Positions 1 to 11,063 of a stretch of 64,000 nt of DNA are shown here, one piece after another. The translations under genes and the position numbers were made by a program. The notes under the pieces are model-generated. The model had not been told where the DNA came from and ran no database searches. It was given only the letters and a program-made list of their open reading frames with translations. The stretch is from an uncultured Methanosarcinaceae archaeon (lineage in GTDB: Archaea; Halobacteriota; Methanosarcinia; Methanosarcinales; Methanosarcinaceae). How positions within the stretch are numbered: the first letter of the stretch is position 1; each line of letters starts with the position of its first letter. Where the stretch lies: NCBI GenBank assembly GCA_963847185.1, contig CAWJYV010000007.1, forward strand, positions 800,001 through 864,000, given 5' to 3'.

Positions 1-1168
1 GGGTTGATAAACGTAAAATAAGCGTTTGAACCTTTATTATTTGTGACCTTCCTTGCATTTAAAATGGGGTGATAATATTCACCTGCCCCCGCGGCATCAA
101 ACAATTTCCTTTTTTTGCACTAACTTTAGAGCCTCTTCTCATCCAGGGTAAGACACAAAGATCTACGGCGAAAGTCCAGCCTGCGAGCTCTCACGAGCTC
201 AGGCACATATCCTTTCCCCAATCTTTTAAATGATAGTTTCCGTACAGATCACACCCACTAACAAGCAAATAGAAAGAAGCTGCAACAAAAAGCAATATGC
301 AAAGCATCCGATGAAAATACCTGTTTCATTAAAAAATTGTTATTTGGTGTGTATATATAAAAATATTTAATTTGTAGTCACTGGCTTTCTTTTTCGGTAG
401 GAATGTGTTTGACAATGTCTACGACTTCCTTGTAAACCCTAACCTCTGCCTCTGCTTCAGCCAAATGCTTTTCTACATTTATTAAATTGTGTTCATAAGT
501 TGTAAGCAACTCGGTTTTTCTTAATTCTATTAGTATTTTCAGTTTATATCCCCTGATGTAAGTAAGAGGAACTGAACTTATATGATGCGTACATCGCCAT
601 TTATTTTAATAATGTATTATAAATGTTGAGATGTAGTTACTGATTTAATGGCTGGATTATAATGCGATTAAGAGGGAAACAGTGACTATCATGAATAGAA
701 TCCATGAGAATAATCAAATCTAAAAAAGTAACCATATGGGGAGCTAGTCCCGCTCAGTTTTGTAGTCAGTGACCTTATTGAACATCTAAAGATGTAGCTG
801 TCTCTGAACGTTGTTTTGAATCAGTGACTCTGAACCTCTCCACGATAGATAACCAAATTGCACAGACAACCATAAAACCCCCAATAAAGATCCATCGCGC
901 ACACTTTTTGAGTTTCATAATTAAAACCGGTGTTACTCCAAAGATTTTTATCAATATGTGACTACTATTTCTCCAGGCAATTGATTCAAGGCTTCATACT
1001 CAAAAAATACATAATGATCCCTATAATGAAACCCAATACAACAGACTCTTTAAACTCCATTAAACCCACCCCATAACTTTCCGATATAAGCTGCTTCCGC
1101 AGTAGAAATAGACAGATTGCAATTTATAGGAAACGAACAGCGCCTTTTATTTTAATTGAGTTATGATA

Positions 1169-1298
1169 GAGTTGATCCCAAAACTCAAAAACTACTTCTT
1201 TGAATCTCAACTTAAAAACATTTAATTGAGCTATTGATCAGGAAAGTAGTTATGAAATTCCTATGGATCTGGAAAAAAATAGGTTTTGGGATAGGCTC
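1169..1298. mobile_element. MITE-like miniature element (130 bp)
   Basis: Terminal inverted repeats GAGTTGATCCCAAAAC ... GTTTTGGGATAGGCTC (13/16 match), no ORF; the right end resembles the element at 57087-57213. Confidence 0.6.
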
Positions 1299-1427
1299 CC
1301 TGTAAATATGAACGAGTCGTATTTGCTCTGTTAAAGTTGTCCATCTATTCCAGTATAAATGGGTCTTCTCGGAGTTCATCTAATTCCATGCAAAAGCCTC
1401 TTGTTGAGATAAGTATATTTTATTTCG

Positions 1428-2120
1428 TCATAAAATATACCAGTCAGTGTCATCAACCGAAATATCTTCTTTAAGGCCTACTTCCCTCCTGGGAAGCTTA
1501 AGTGCGTCAGTAATCGCATCTGAAAAGTCCTGAAGGTACTCTCTTGAGGAGAGGCTGTTATAGATGAAAGGTTTATCTGGCTGGATCATTTTCTGAATCG
1601 TTGCTTCCCTGGGAACAATATCAACTTTTATATCAACCATTTCTACGGCTTTTTCCATCGCAGTTCGGAAATCTCCTATACAGTAAGCTATCCTGTGTTT
1701 GTAATTGTCCCTGGTCTTTTCAAGATAAGCAGCAAGCCTTTCACTTTCCATTTTTATGAAATCCCGTTTGATCTTTGTCACATTACATTTTCCCATCATG
1801 AAACTGTAATGCATGAAAGGATATTGCGTGTCAAGCTCTCTGGGAGTGATTCCGCAGGTTCCGAAAGTTACTATGTGTACATCCTCAGGTTTTGCAATTC
1901 CGAAGATTACCCGATCGAATTTTTTGTGAGAGGGGCTTTCGTGATAGGGTTTTCTTTTGGCACATGGGACGAAAATGCAGAGCTCTCTGAAGGGAGCTTC
2001 ATACTCGCTCAGGACCCATTCATTGGCTCTTATCATATCCGGATGATAGATTACCCTATCAGTATCAAGAGGCTCTTGAGAACGTTCATCTTCAGGAATA
2101 ATTGGTTTCATAAACGTCAA
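1428..2120 (-). CDS. DUF5591-like protein (related to the archaeosine synthase ArcS N-terminal region)
   Basis: 230-aa ORF with a VPCAKRKPYHESPSH motif resembling the PCSxxKPYSxSxSH motif of ArcS/DUF5591. Confidence 0.65.
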   Translation of the reverse strand: MTFMKPIIPEDERSQEPLDTDRVIYHPDMIRANEWVLSEYEAPFRELCIFVPCAKRKPYHESPSHKKFDRVIFGIAKPEDVHIVTFGTCGITPRELDTQYPFMHYSFMMGKCNVTKIKRDFIKMESERLAAYLEKTRDNYKHRIAYCIGDFRTAMEKAVEMVDIKVDIVPREATIQKMIQPDKPFIYNSLSSREYLQDFSDAITDALKLPRREVGLKEDISVDDTDWYIL

Positions 2121-2550
2121 GGTTAATTGAGCCTGGAGATTGTATATATAATTAACTAAATTCAGCCTGTTTTAGAATTCGTGAGCGTGTATGAAAAGAG
2201 CGTTCAGAGGTAGGTAAAGTAGAAAACATGTAATATAGAAGAAATGTAATATAAGAAGAGTAGAATATAAGTAGAATAATATAAAAAGAACAGGAAAAAA
2301 GGATAAGAAAAATAAATAAGTCACTAACCAGTATTGAATCGTCTCTACTTCATTTTTGAAATTTATTTGAACAAGAGAGATTAAATATAATTAAGAAGTA
2401 TAACCTAAATACAGAAAGTCATTTTGGAAATCTCCAATATAAATAAATAATCTATTTTCATATATTCCAATATCCTTTCATAAATTATTAGAATTCTCAA
2501 AAACGAGCATGTAGAATTGAACAAGGCAAACTGTCCAAAATAGTGGTCTT

Positions 2551-2913
2551 ATGGCAAATTCTATTCATGAGATGATCAGAGCAAGCTTCAGATGCGAAGA
2601 TATGGTAAAATGCGTACTGGGCTTGAAATCTCTTGACATTGAAGCATACAAGGCCCTGCTCCTGCATGGCTCCCTGACAGCCGAGAAATTAGGAGAAATC
2701 CTTAACAGGGAAAGAAGTACCGCTTACCGTGCTTTACAGAACCTCATAGCATGTGGAATTGTTTACAGAGAAACAAAATCTATTGAGAGTGGGGGATATT
2801 ACTATGAATATGTAGCCCTTGAACCCGAGGAAGTGAAGCAGATGGTAAAGAAAAACGTTGATGAATGGTACATTCAAATGAATAACCTGATAGACAAATG
2901 GATGATAGAATAA
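2551..2913 (+). CDS. TrmB-like winged-HTH transcriptional regulator
   Basis: LTAEKLGEILNRERSTAYRALQNL HTH followed by a GGYYYEY wing. Confidence 0.8.
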   Translation: MANSIHEMIRASFRCEDMVKCVLGLKSLDIEAYKALLLHGSLTAEKLGEILNRERSTAYRALQNLIACGIVYRETKSIESGGYYYEYVALEPEEVKQMVKKNVDEWYIQMNNLIDKWMIE

Positions 2914-3029
2914 GTGTTTTCATGCAGAGTGGACGAAAACTAAAGACAAAATAAAAATGAACTTGTGAAAATTAAATATAAAAAACTAAAAATGAGTATT
3001 AATAGAAAATTTTGGAAGACCAGGTAAAA

Positions 3030-4220
3030 TCAGCGTTTTAACCCGTCTACAAAATCTCCCATTCTTTCTATTGCTTTTTTAATATCATCCATGGACGCTG
3101 CATAGGCACATCGAAGGAAACCTTCACCTGACTCTCCAAAAACATCTCCTGGAATTGTAACAACCTTCTTTTCGTTTAGAAGGCGCTCTGAAAACTCTGA
3201 GGAAGAAAGCCCTGTGTTTCCTATATACGGGAAGGCGTAGAATGCGCCCTTGGGGTTGAAGCACTCAAGCCCTATGCTGTTAAAACCCCTGACGATAAAG
3301 TGTCTTCGCCGATCATATTCCCTGGCCATCCGCTCCATTTCCTCTTTGCCATTGCGGAGAGCTTCAATGGCACCTATCTGAGCAGTTGTAGGAGCACACA
3401 TCATTGAGTACTGATGGATCATCATCATGGAGTGAATAATTTCAGGAGAACCCATCGCAAATCCAAGCCTGAGTCCTGTCATTGCGTAGGCTTTGGAAAA
3501 GCCGTTTAGCATAACAGTTCTGTCTTTCATCCCATCAAGAGAAGAAAACGGAACATGAGTACCTTCATAGGTCAGACACTCATAAACCTCGTCCGAGATA
3601 ACAAATAGATCATTCTCTACAACAAGGTCGGAAATTTCCTCCATCCCTTCCTTCACCATAATGGCCCCTGTAGGGTTATTGGGGAAGTTTAGAACAATTG
3701 CCTTGGTCTTATCCGTAATTGCGGGCTTAAGAGCCTCTGCAGTCAGACTAAAGTTATCTTTCATGTAAGTAGGGACGATAACAGGCTTGCCACCTGCCAG
3801 AATAACGGAGGGGACATATGCTACATATGAAGGCTGGACTACAATAACCTCATCACCCGGGTTTGTAACTGCCCTTATTGCAATATCCAGAGCTTCACTA
3901 ACACCCGTTGTGACCAGGATCTCGGATGCAGGGTCATAGTCCAGGCCATAACGCCTGTAATAGGTTCTGCTAAGTTCGTCTCTAAGTTCAGGAAGCCCGT
4001 AATTTGAGGTGTATGAAGTCTCTCCCTTTTCCAGAGAGTGGATACACATTTCACGGATATGCCAGGGAGTAATGAAATCAGGTTCCCCCACACCAAGAGA
4101 AATTATATCTTCGAGTCCGGAAACCAGATCAAAAAAACGACGTATTCCTGAAGGCGGGATATTCTTCACAGCTTCGGCAACAAATTTTGAAGGATCGCAT
4201 GGAGGTCTCAAGCAAAGCAC
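3030..4220 (-). CDS. Class I/II PLP-dependent aminotransferase (aspartate aminotransferase family)
   Basis: SLGVGEPDF, NFPNNPTG, SDEVY and GFSKAYAMTGLRLG motifs. Confidence 0.93.
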   Translation of the reverse strand: MLCLRPPCDPSKFVAEAVKNIPPSGIRRFFDLVSGLEDIISLGVGEPDFITPWHIREMCIHSLEKGETSYTSNYGLPELRDELSRTYYRRYGLDYDPASEILVTTGVSEALDIAIRAVTNPGDEVIVVQPSYVAYVPSVILAGGKPVIVPTYMKDNFSLTAEALKPAITDKTKAIVLNFPNNPTGAIMVKEGMEEISDLVVENDLFVISDEVYECLTYEGTHVPFSSLDGMKDRTVMLNGFSKAYAMTGLRLGFAMGSPEIIHSMMMIHQYSMMCAPTTAQIGAIEALRNGKEEMERMAREYDRRRHFIVRGFNSIGLECFNPKGAFYAFPYIGNTGLSSSEFSERLLNEKKVVTIPGDVFGESGEGFLRCAYAASMDDIKKAIERMGDFVDGLKR

Positions 4221-4286
4221 CCCTGTAAAAATATGTGAGTAGAATGAATGTAAGCTGATAAGAGGATCAGGTCTTACAATCTCGCA

Positions 4287-4793
4287 TTAAAACGAGACTG
4301 GAAGCCTTTTTATCGCCTCAGGTTCGTGGAGAATTACCCCATCTTCTTTGTAGGTCTTCAGTACGAAGTGAGTTGACGTACTCTGTACCTGATCCAGGGT
4401 TGCAATTTTTTCTGCTACGAAAAAGGCTACATCCTTCATTGACTTTCCCCGGACGGTAAGAGATATGTCATAGTCCCCGGATAAGAGCCTGACAGATCTG
4501 ACTTCCGGGAACTTATAGATCCTTTCTGCAATTGCCTGATAGCCCTGATTGCGCTCGAGAGTGACCTTCAGCTGAATCACGGCATAAACATAGTTTTCCC
4601 CAACCAGATCCCAATCAACAATGGTCTTATAGTGCCGGATAACTCCTGTTTCTTCAAGTTTTGCGATCGTCTGGGAAACTTCCTTTGCAGACATATTTAT
4701 CAGTGCTGCAATTTCTTCAGGAGTTGCTCGAGCGTCATTTTCAAGAATTTCCAGTATATGTCGAATCTGTTCATCCATAGTGATCACCGGCAC
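4287..4793 (-). CDS. Lrp/AsnC family transcriptional regulator
   Basis: N-terminal HTH (ILEILENDAR...KLEETGVI) plus RAM domain (LSGDYDI); start likely the ATG at 4778. Confidence 0.92.
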   Translation of the reverse strand: MPVITMDEQIRHILEILENDARATPEEIAALINMSAKEVSQTIAKLEETGVIRHYKTIVDWDLVGENYVYAVIQLKVTLERNQGYQAIAERIYKFPEVRSVRLLSGDYDISLTVRGKSMKDVAFFVAEKIATLDQVQSTSTHFVLKTYKEDGVILHEPEAIKRLPVSF

Positions 4794-4850
4794 AAAGTTG
4801 AGAAAAATTTGGCAAAGAATTCCCCGTTTCCGAGGTTAGATTTTATCAAA

Positions 4851-5228
4851 TTATTCAATCAATACAGCGTTTACAACTCCGTCCTGTCCTGGTCTGCTGG
4901 TAACTTTCGCAGTTCCGAGAGCTGTCCTTATGACGGAGCCTTTTGTCAGAATGTTACGCCTGACATAGTGTTTATTAGCAGTGTTGTCAATAACTGTTTC
5001 AATGGCAGCAGAGACGGTCTTTCCGTCTTTTGGATTGGTTATGTTTGCAATGTTGCACTGAAGCAGCCTTACCTTCCTGTTGCCACCCATTGTGGAGATA
5101 TTTTTCCTCTTTACACCAGTTATACGGGTATCCGCAGATTCGCGGCCCATTTCAAACTTGCGCTTCCCGCGGGCAGCAATAACTTTCCCACCGGTCACTT
5201 TCCTTCTGGAGCTACCTTGCCATCTCAT
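4851..5228 (-). CDS. rps8e: 30S ribosomal protein S8e
   Basis: [14 protein letters not shown]...KRKFEMGR...[15 protein letters not shown]. Confidence 0.98.
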   Translation of the reverse strand: MRWQGSSRRKVTGGKVIAARGKRKFEMGRESADTRITGVKRKNISTMGGNRKVRLLQCNIANITNPKDGKTVSAAIETVIDNTANKHYVRRNILTKGSVIRTALGTAKVTSRPGQDGVVNAVLIE

Positions 5229-5750
5229 ATTAAAACCTCATATATAATGAAATTGTAAGCAGTGTTTTCATTTATGATTAACCTGTACTTTCCTATTGTA
5301 AATATTAATCCTGATGATCCTGATCTGATAATCTTGTCAGGGCAAAAGCACACCTATCAGTAGCTAATTGCTCTGATTATATATTAATTATATTAACAGG
5401 AGTGCTTGATTAGCATATATTAACAGGAGTACTGATAGCATATTTGCTATGGACTTATCAATACAAATAGAATCGTATATGAACTTTGCGATCAGGAAGT
5501 TAGAAAAACTCAATTTTGGGACTTTCCTGTTTACAGGCGCCTGTGCCTGCGAAAATGCCTTCGATAGTTAGAAATCGGGTATGAGAAAGACTCACAAACA
5601 GAAGGTAAAGAGATAGATATATAATACATTGCACTTTGACAACAGGGATTATATAACATACAGCAAATAAAATTAAAGAGATTTAAATCATAAAAAAGAA
5701 TTAATGCTGTAGTAATTGCTGTAATAATTGCTGTAATATTAGATATTTAC

Positions 5751-6107
5751 ATGTTTAATACAGTACGAGGAGAAACAGTAATGGTTACCGAAATTTCACT
5801 GAATACCATATGCGGACACACCACAAAGATCATTGCCACAAAGGAAGGAAAGAACACCCATGTGCATATAAAAACTTCATGTGAGAAACTAAGAAAATGG
5901 GGTACACACTTTGAGATGGGAATGAAAGATCTTATGGGTGGGCCAGATACGGTAATTGCTCAAAAAATGGCTGAAGCTCCCCTTACACCCACCTGTCTCG
6001 TACCGGCGGCGGTAATGAATGCTTGCTGGCTCGAAAACGGCATGATCTCCAAAAATCTTGCAAGGGGTATGGGGAAGATGGAAATTATATTTGACAAATT
6101 GGAGTGA
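5751..6107 (+). CDS. Small Cys-containing conserved protein (DUF6951-like)
   Basis: ICGHTT, TSCE and CLVP motifs; start likely ATG 5781 after GAGGAG. Confidence 0.6.
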   Translation: MFNTVRGETVMVTEISLNTICGHTTKIIATKEGKNTHVHIKTSCEKLRKWGTHFEMGMKDLMGGPDTVIAQKMAEAPLTPTCLVPAAVMNACWLENGMISKNLARGMGKMEIIFDKLE

Positions 6108-6337
6108 GTATCCTCCAACAAGCCCTTAAGTTCTTCGTTAAAAACAAGTGTACTGAGAGAAATATGAAAAATTAACAGTACTGTGGAAAATACTCTGGAT
6201 ACACATTAACTCAGGAATGCTTAAATTAAATTTCATTAAGTATAATTTATTCAATATCAGTAAAAATCGATCTCAAAATATTAAAATAGCATTGATCTCA
6301 TTTTTTAATAATAAACCACATAAGCGGGAATTAAAAA

Positions 6338-7042
6338 TTGGAGTTAGAAAATATGGATATAGAAAAAATAAACAGTTATGGTCAGGAATTGATCGACTGT
6401 TTGAAACTAAAAACTTCTCCTGTCGCAGTTAAACTGGTTCCAAAAGGAAACCCGGTTCCTGAGGGAATGAAGAAAGTAGACGAGACTATGAGGCATTGCC
6501 AGCTTGTTGATAGAGTGAGAAGGTCCGGCGAAGAGTTCTACACCCTCGGAGAAGATCAGATGTGCAAAGGAGGAGCCGGGGCAATGGGCCTTGGGGAACT
6601 GCCTCCAAAAGTAGCCACTGGGGAGTTCTATTTAAAAGGACTCAAACAATTCAGTACACAGGGTGCCGCAAGGCGTACTATTGACAGAGTCCCTAAAATG
6701 CCACCGAACTCAACAGAAGCTGTCCTCTACGCCCCCCTTGAAAAAGCCACATTTTCTCCGGACGTAATTGTAATTATCTGTACCCCCAAACAGGTAATGC
6801 TGCTCACACAAGCTTATATGTACAAAACCGGAGGCAGGCTTGAAACCAGTTTCGCAGGGAAGCAGAGCCTGTGTTCCGATGCTGTTGTGCAGGCTTACAA
6901 AGAAGGTAAAGTCGGAGTCACAGTTGGTTGCAGCGGCAGTAGAACTTACACTAAAATCGAAGACGAAGAAATGATAATGGGAATTCCGGTAGAACTTCTA
7001 CCTGATGTACTCTCAGGTCTCAAAGAGATCTGCCCCAGATAA
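6338..7042 (+). CDS. DUF169 family protein
   Basis: SPVAVK, MRHCQ, CKGGA..MG, QSLCSD and GCSGSR motifs. Confidence 0.85.
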   Translation: MELENMDIEKINSYGQELIDCLKLKTSPVAVKLVPKGNPVPEGMKKVDETMRHCQLVDRVRRSGEEFYTLGEDQMCKGGAGAMGLGELPPKVATGEFYLKGLKQFSTQGAARRTIDRVPKMPPNSTEAVLYAPLEKATFSPDVIVIICTPKQVMLLTQAYMYKTGGRLETSFAGKQSLCSDAVVQAYKEGKVGVTVGCSGSRTYTKIEDEEMIMGIPVELLPDVLSGLKEICPR

Positions 7043-7303
7043 AATCAATGTTTTCTCTTCAAAATAAAATTCCTTCGTGTTCAAGCCCTTTCACAAGATT
7101 TCCGAATTAAAGTTTCCTAATTCAAGAAAGGGCTTGTCAAATAATAAAAAATAGATTTTAAACGTTTTTAACCTCGAAAATACCTCTAATTTCATCTTTT
7201 TTGAACAAATCCTTTTTATTACTGTTATTCCAATGCGCCATTCGGGAAAGAATAGTCCTGAATTTTAAATAAATCAATTTAAGAGAATCAAACTTCTAAG
7301 TCA

Positions 7304-7395
7304 TGAATTAGTCTGCTTGAGCGAAGCGAAACAGACCCCGTGCTCCCCGGAAGCGGAACTCGGGAAGCGGAACTCGGGCGCAGAAGCGTAATTCA
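7304..7395. repeat. Intergenic palindromic (REP-like) element containing a GCGAAGC mini-hairpin
   Basis: TGAATTA...TAATTCA ends, GTCTG-N-CAGAC hairpin around GAGCGAAGCGAAA, 14-bp duplication GGAAGCGGAACTCG. Confidence 0.5.
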
Positions 7396-7458
7396 GGTGG
7401 AACTCAATGGAGTATATGAAGAGATGAATTATATACTAATAGAGAAAAGAGAAGGAAA

Positions 7459-7959
7459 ATGACCTGTTACATAGCAGATTCAGCGGTCTTTATAATGGGG
7501 AACTGCAATTTCGATAGTTCGCTGATGATTACCGTCCCTTCTGTTGCTGACGAATTAAAAAGCAGGGATTCGGTGCTACGTTTTGACCTTGCAAAAGAAG
7601 GAGGATTACGCGTTGAATGGCCTGAACCCGAAATGGTAAAAAGGGTTCGGGAAATGGCGGAGCATACAAGGGATTCAGAAGAACTTTCCAGAACAGACCT
7701 TGAAGTCCTTGCAAAAGCCTTTGAGCATAAGGACAGATGTATCCTGCTTACGGATGACTATGCAGTCCAGAATGTTGCCATACAGCTTGGGATTCAGGTT
7801 GAACCCATTGCTCAGAAAAAAATTAAGGATATAATAATCTGGCAAAAGCAATGTATTGGTTGCAGAAAAACATTTAAAGAAGGAGATGTCTGCCCTATCT
7901 GTGGCTCCCCTCTTAAAAAAAAGAGGAAAAAAACTATAAAAGAAAAGAGGCAATCTTAA
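7459..7959 (+). CDS. nob1: Nob1-family PIN endonuclease with Zn ribbon
   Basis: ADSAVFI, LSRTD and LTDDYAVQNVA PIN motifs; C-terminal CIGC...CPICG. Confidence 0.9.
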   Translation: MTCYIADSAVFIMGNCNFDSSLMITVPSVADELKSRDSVLRFDLAKEGGLRVEWPEPEMVKRVREMAEHTRDSEELSRTDLEVLAKAFEHKDRCILLTDDYAVQNVAIQLGIQVEPIAQKKIKDIIIWQKQCIGCRKTFKEGDVCPICGSPLKKKRKKTIKEKRQS

Positions 7960-8126
7960 ACTGAAGAAAAAGATATAACGCTTGATAGTGTAATATTGTC
8001 TTTAATTGAGTGAACAAATACACAAATATAATTTTCAATAAGTATTTCAGGCAAGATCCGCAAGTCGAATAAGTTAAAGTTCGCTGCGAAATACGGCCTG
8101 AAAAAATTTCAGGTGGGAATGGAGAC

Positions 8127-8741
8127 ATGAAGAATATAGAAGATTTAATTCAGAAAGCTGTGGAACTGCAAAGCAACGGGCTTGTTACCGGCCAGATTGC
8201 CGATGAACTCAACGTTTCAAGAGAAACAGTAACCTGGCTTTTAACCCGTTCGAAAAAAGAAGTAACAGCTCCGGCTCCAAAGGATATTTCCGTAAACTGG
8301 AGCAGCATAGGGAAAAGTGCCACACGTCTCCACTATATCTCTCTTGCACTCTGCGATATGGTGCTTGAGGTCCTGGAACAATCAAATACCGAAGTAGATG
8401 TGGTCGTTGGTGTTGCCGCAAGTGGTATTCCTCTTGCAAGCATGATGGCAAACGAACTTGGAGCAGACTTTGCTCTTTATCACTCCCGTAAGGGACAGGA
8501 TGTAGTTCAGCCTGGCCACAAAGGAACCATAAGCAGAAACTTTGGAACCGTCGCAGGCAAAAACTGCGTAATTGTAGACGACGTCATTACTACAGGTTCC
8601 ACTACCATGGAAGTAATTGAGCAGCTGAGAGAAATGGATGCAAAGCCAAGGGCTGTAGTGGTTCTGGTAGACAAAAAGGGTGCAGATACAATTGCTAATG
8701 TTCCTATCCGGTCACTCGTAAAGATTGTGCGTCTGGACTGA
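8127..8741 (+). CDS. gfcR: Orotate phosphoribosyltransferase-like protein with N-terminal HTH (GfcR/PyrE-like)
   Basis: N-terminal HTH ([18 protein letters not shown]) plus PRPP-binding [12 protein letters not shown]. Confidence 0.85.
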   Translation: MKNIEDLIQKAVELQSNGLVTGQIADELNVSRETVTWLLTRSKKEVTAPAPKDISVNWSSIGKSATRLHYISLALCDMVLEVLEQSNTEVDVVVGVAASGIPLASMMANELGADFALYHSRKGQDVVQPGHKGTISRNFGTVAGKNCVIVDDVITTGSTTMEVIEQLREMDAKPRAVVVLVDKKGADTIANVPIRSLVKIVRLD

Positions 8742-8781
8742 AAAATATAAATTGATAACTAAAATAAGACAACTTATTATG

Positions 8782-8812
8782 TGGAAAGCCTTTCAATAGA
8801 AGGGCTTTTCCA
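8782..8812. terminator. Putative hairpin terminator between convergent genes
   Basis: TGGAAAGCCTTTC-AATA-GAAGGGCTTTTCCA inverted repeat with T-runs nearby. Confidence 0.4.
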
Positions 8813-8918
8813 AAATTTATACCTTTTTGAAACTTAAATCAAATTTAAAAAGTTAGTATCTTTTTTATATGGTAAATACGGCAAAATGATGGAAGGAAAA
8901 GAGGCTTATTAAAGCCTT

Positions 8919-11063
8919 TTAATACTCTACTTCTGTAGATCCTATTTTTTCGGCAAGCTTTGATAAAACCTCAGTTCTCATTCCTTCTACAAACTTAATG
9001 CTCCCTACGACAAGGTGTCCTCCTCCGCTGACACCTGCGCCTTTCATTTCTTCCCTGAGCTCCCTGACAATTCTCGGGATATTCATAAGAACTCCTTTTG
9101 AACGGATGACCGCAAAGTCAGGACCATATCCTAAGGTAACCACAGGTTGGTTTGGATATCTTTTGGTAAGCACATCGTGAACTTCTCCAGATGTCTTTCC
9201 TGGTGGCGGGAAGGTAAATTTCTGGGCGTAGTTTTCAACGTCAATTACATTCATAATGGCCCCATTTGCCAGTTTCTGAGACTTGACATTGAAGAGGCAG
9301 GTCTCGAGCTGATCCTGAATCATGGTGTTTGCCTGTTCGCAGAGCAGGGAAACCAGATTTTTATGGACCTCATGATCGCCAAGGTCCAGGATATCATCAA
9401 TAAGACCTTTTCCACTGCTGAATTTCAACCAGAACTGTTCATAATCCAGAGCCAGAGCCATTTCCTTCAATTCCTTGAGGCTATAGCTGTCCGAGGCAAG
9501 GGATATGTACCTTCCAGCTTCCGGTGCCTCCGAACGGTCCCCTACTGCTGAAACTGCAGGCAGGTGTTTTATTGTATCACTGATGCTGGGATTGATCATA
9601 CGAGCGACCTCAGCACAGAGCATACCCGCAGTAACCCCGAAATCTCCTCCCACATGTGCAGGATTTACGTGCCCTATCAGATACTGGTCAACTATTTCAT
9701 CCGGATGATGGTGATCAATTACAAGCATATCAATGCCATAAACTCTGGCCTGCCTCATAGAAGGAACATCTTCTTCGGTTGACCCGTTATCCACAAGGAT
9801 TACAAGCGGCATTTTCTGTCCGTGTCTTGAAATATCTTCAAGCGCAAAAGAAATATCTCTTGTGACGTCCGCTAGCTCGTAAAAAGGAGCCTTCGATGGA
9901 GCACGCTTGTACATATAATATTCTGCATCCGATCCACCTATTTCGGTAATAATGGGTAGAATTGCCCTCTCAATTGCAATTGCTGAGGTAATTCCATCGG
10001 CATCGGCATGATGCCTGAGAATGATAGGAGTCGAATGGAAAATCGCTTTTTTGATTTCTTTGGCGACATGCATCATTCTGGGTTTGAGCTTTTCCATAAT
10101 CTCGCTCTCAACCAGGAAGGGGATATCAGCAGGAGCTGCTTTTGCCTCAATTACCCTCTCAACTCTTGCCCTGACAACTTCCTCCTTTTCTCCTTTAAGC
10201 AGCTTCATACTCATGACTTCGATCTGAATCTGCTCATCCCTCAGAGTCACTTCTCCAGTAATTGAAACAATCATTCCCGTGTCGATATGTGGATAGGAAC
10301 GCTTCCCCGCACTTTCAAAAGCAGCACAGGGAACAAAGCCTCCTTCATCGCTAATCGTGAAAATAGTAGGCCCGCTGGTCTGCTTAACCTGAATGACTTC
10401 GCCTTCAAGTCTAATCAGCCTGCCTTTCATACTTGAGTCTATTTCAGCTGAATTCTTAAGTGGAAGCTCTTTTTCAAGTTCAATAGTTTCATACTTTTTA
10501 AGAGTTTTAGGGATTAGATCCAGTTTTCCTCCGGCTTTGACGCTTTTTACCAGCACTATCACGGCTTCCCCAACTTCAGGCTGAGTCCCAATATTGCTGG
10601 AGTGCATAAGCCCCCTTACATGAGGATTAAGGTCCACAAAAACGCCAAAAGATGCTATACTGCTTACTATACCATGGTAAAGTTTTCCTGCCTCTACATC
10701 CTTAAGATCACAGGATTCATCGAGAGCATACACATACTGAGAACGAGAGCATGAATTACAGATTTCTTCATCGGTATCCTCTGGATCAGAAATATGCACC
10801 CCACAAACCTTGCAGATGTAGATCTTCCCGAGTCCCTTACAGGTTTCACAGGCTCTGGTCGTTTCAATAACTCCCTTTCCTTTGCATTTTTCACATTCAG
10901 TACTATTTTTCAAAAAGCTATCAATGTTTTTTTCAGAAAATTTCATCAAATCAATAGATTTTGACTTGCCTTTTCCCTTACATTGAGGGCAGATATCAGT
11001 TGAAATAATTTCATTGCCACGTCCGTGGCAATCTGGGCATTCCTTACTCATTAATATCAACAC
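8919..11063 (-). CDS. Archaeal RecJ-like DHH phosphoesterase with DnaJ-type Zn finger and S1/OB domains
   Basis: CxxCxGxG repeats, S1 motif (FGVFVDL), HHADADG, DNGS, IDHHH, GGGH. Confidence 0.92.
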   Translation of the reverse strand: MLILMSKECPDCHGRGNEIISTDICPQCKGKGKSKSIDLMKFSEKNIDSFLKNSTECEKCKGKGVIETTRACETCKGLGKIYICKVCGVHISDPEDTDEEICNSCSRSQYVYALDESCDLKDVEAGKLYHGIVSSIASFGVFVDLNPHVRGLMHSSNIGTQPEVGEAVIVLVKSVKAGGKLDLIPKTLKKYETIELEKELPLKNSAEIDSSMKGRLIRLEGEVIQVKQTSGPTIFTISDEGGFVPCAAFESAGKRSYPHIDTGMIVSITGEVTLRDEQIQIEVMSMKLLKGEKEEVVRARVERVIEAKAAPADIPFLVESEIMEKLKPRMMHVAKEIKKAIFHSTPIILRHHADADGITSAIAIERAILPIITEIGGSDAEYYMYKRAPSKAPFYELADVTRDISFALEDISRHGQKMPLVILVDNGSTEEDVPSMRQARVYGIDMLVIDHHHPDEIVDQYLIGHVNPAHVGGDFGVTAGMLCAEVARMINPSISDTIKHLPAVSAVGDRSEAPEAGRYISLASDSYSLKELKEMALALDYEQFWLKFSSGKGLIDDILDLGDHEVHKNLVSLLCEQANTMIQDQLETCLFNVKSQKLANGAIMNVIDVENYAQKFTFPPPGKTSGEVHDVLTKRYPNQPVVTLGYGPDFAVIRSKGVLMNIPRIVRELREEMKGAGVSGGGHLVVGSIKFVEGMRTEVLSKLAEKIGSTEVEY

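Noticed and set aside
5389-5442. Short local duplications (5389-5442, about 25874-25909, about 51409-51500, about 59647-59703)
   Set aside because: Two to three copies in AT-rich spacers, typical of replication slippage; no further structure seen
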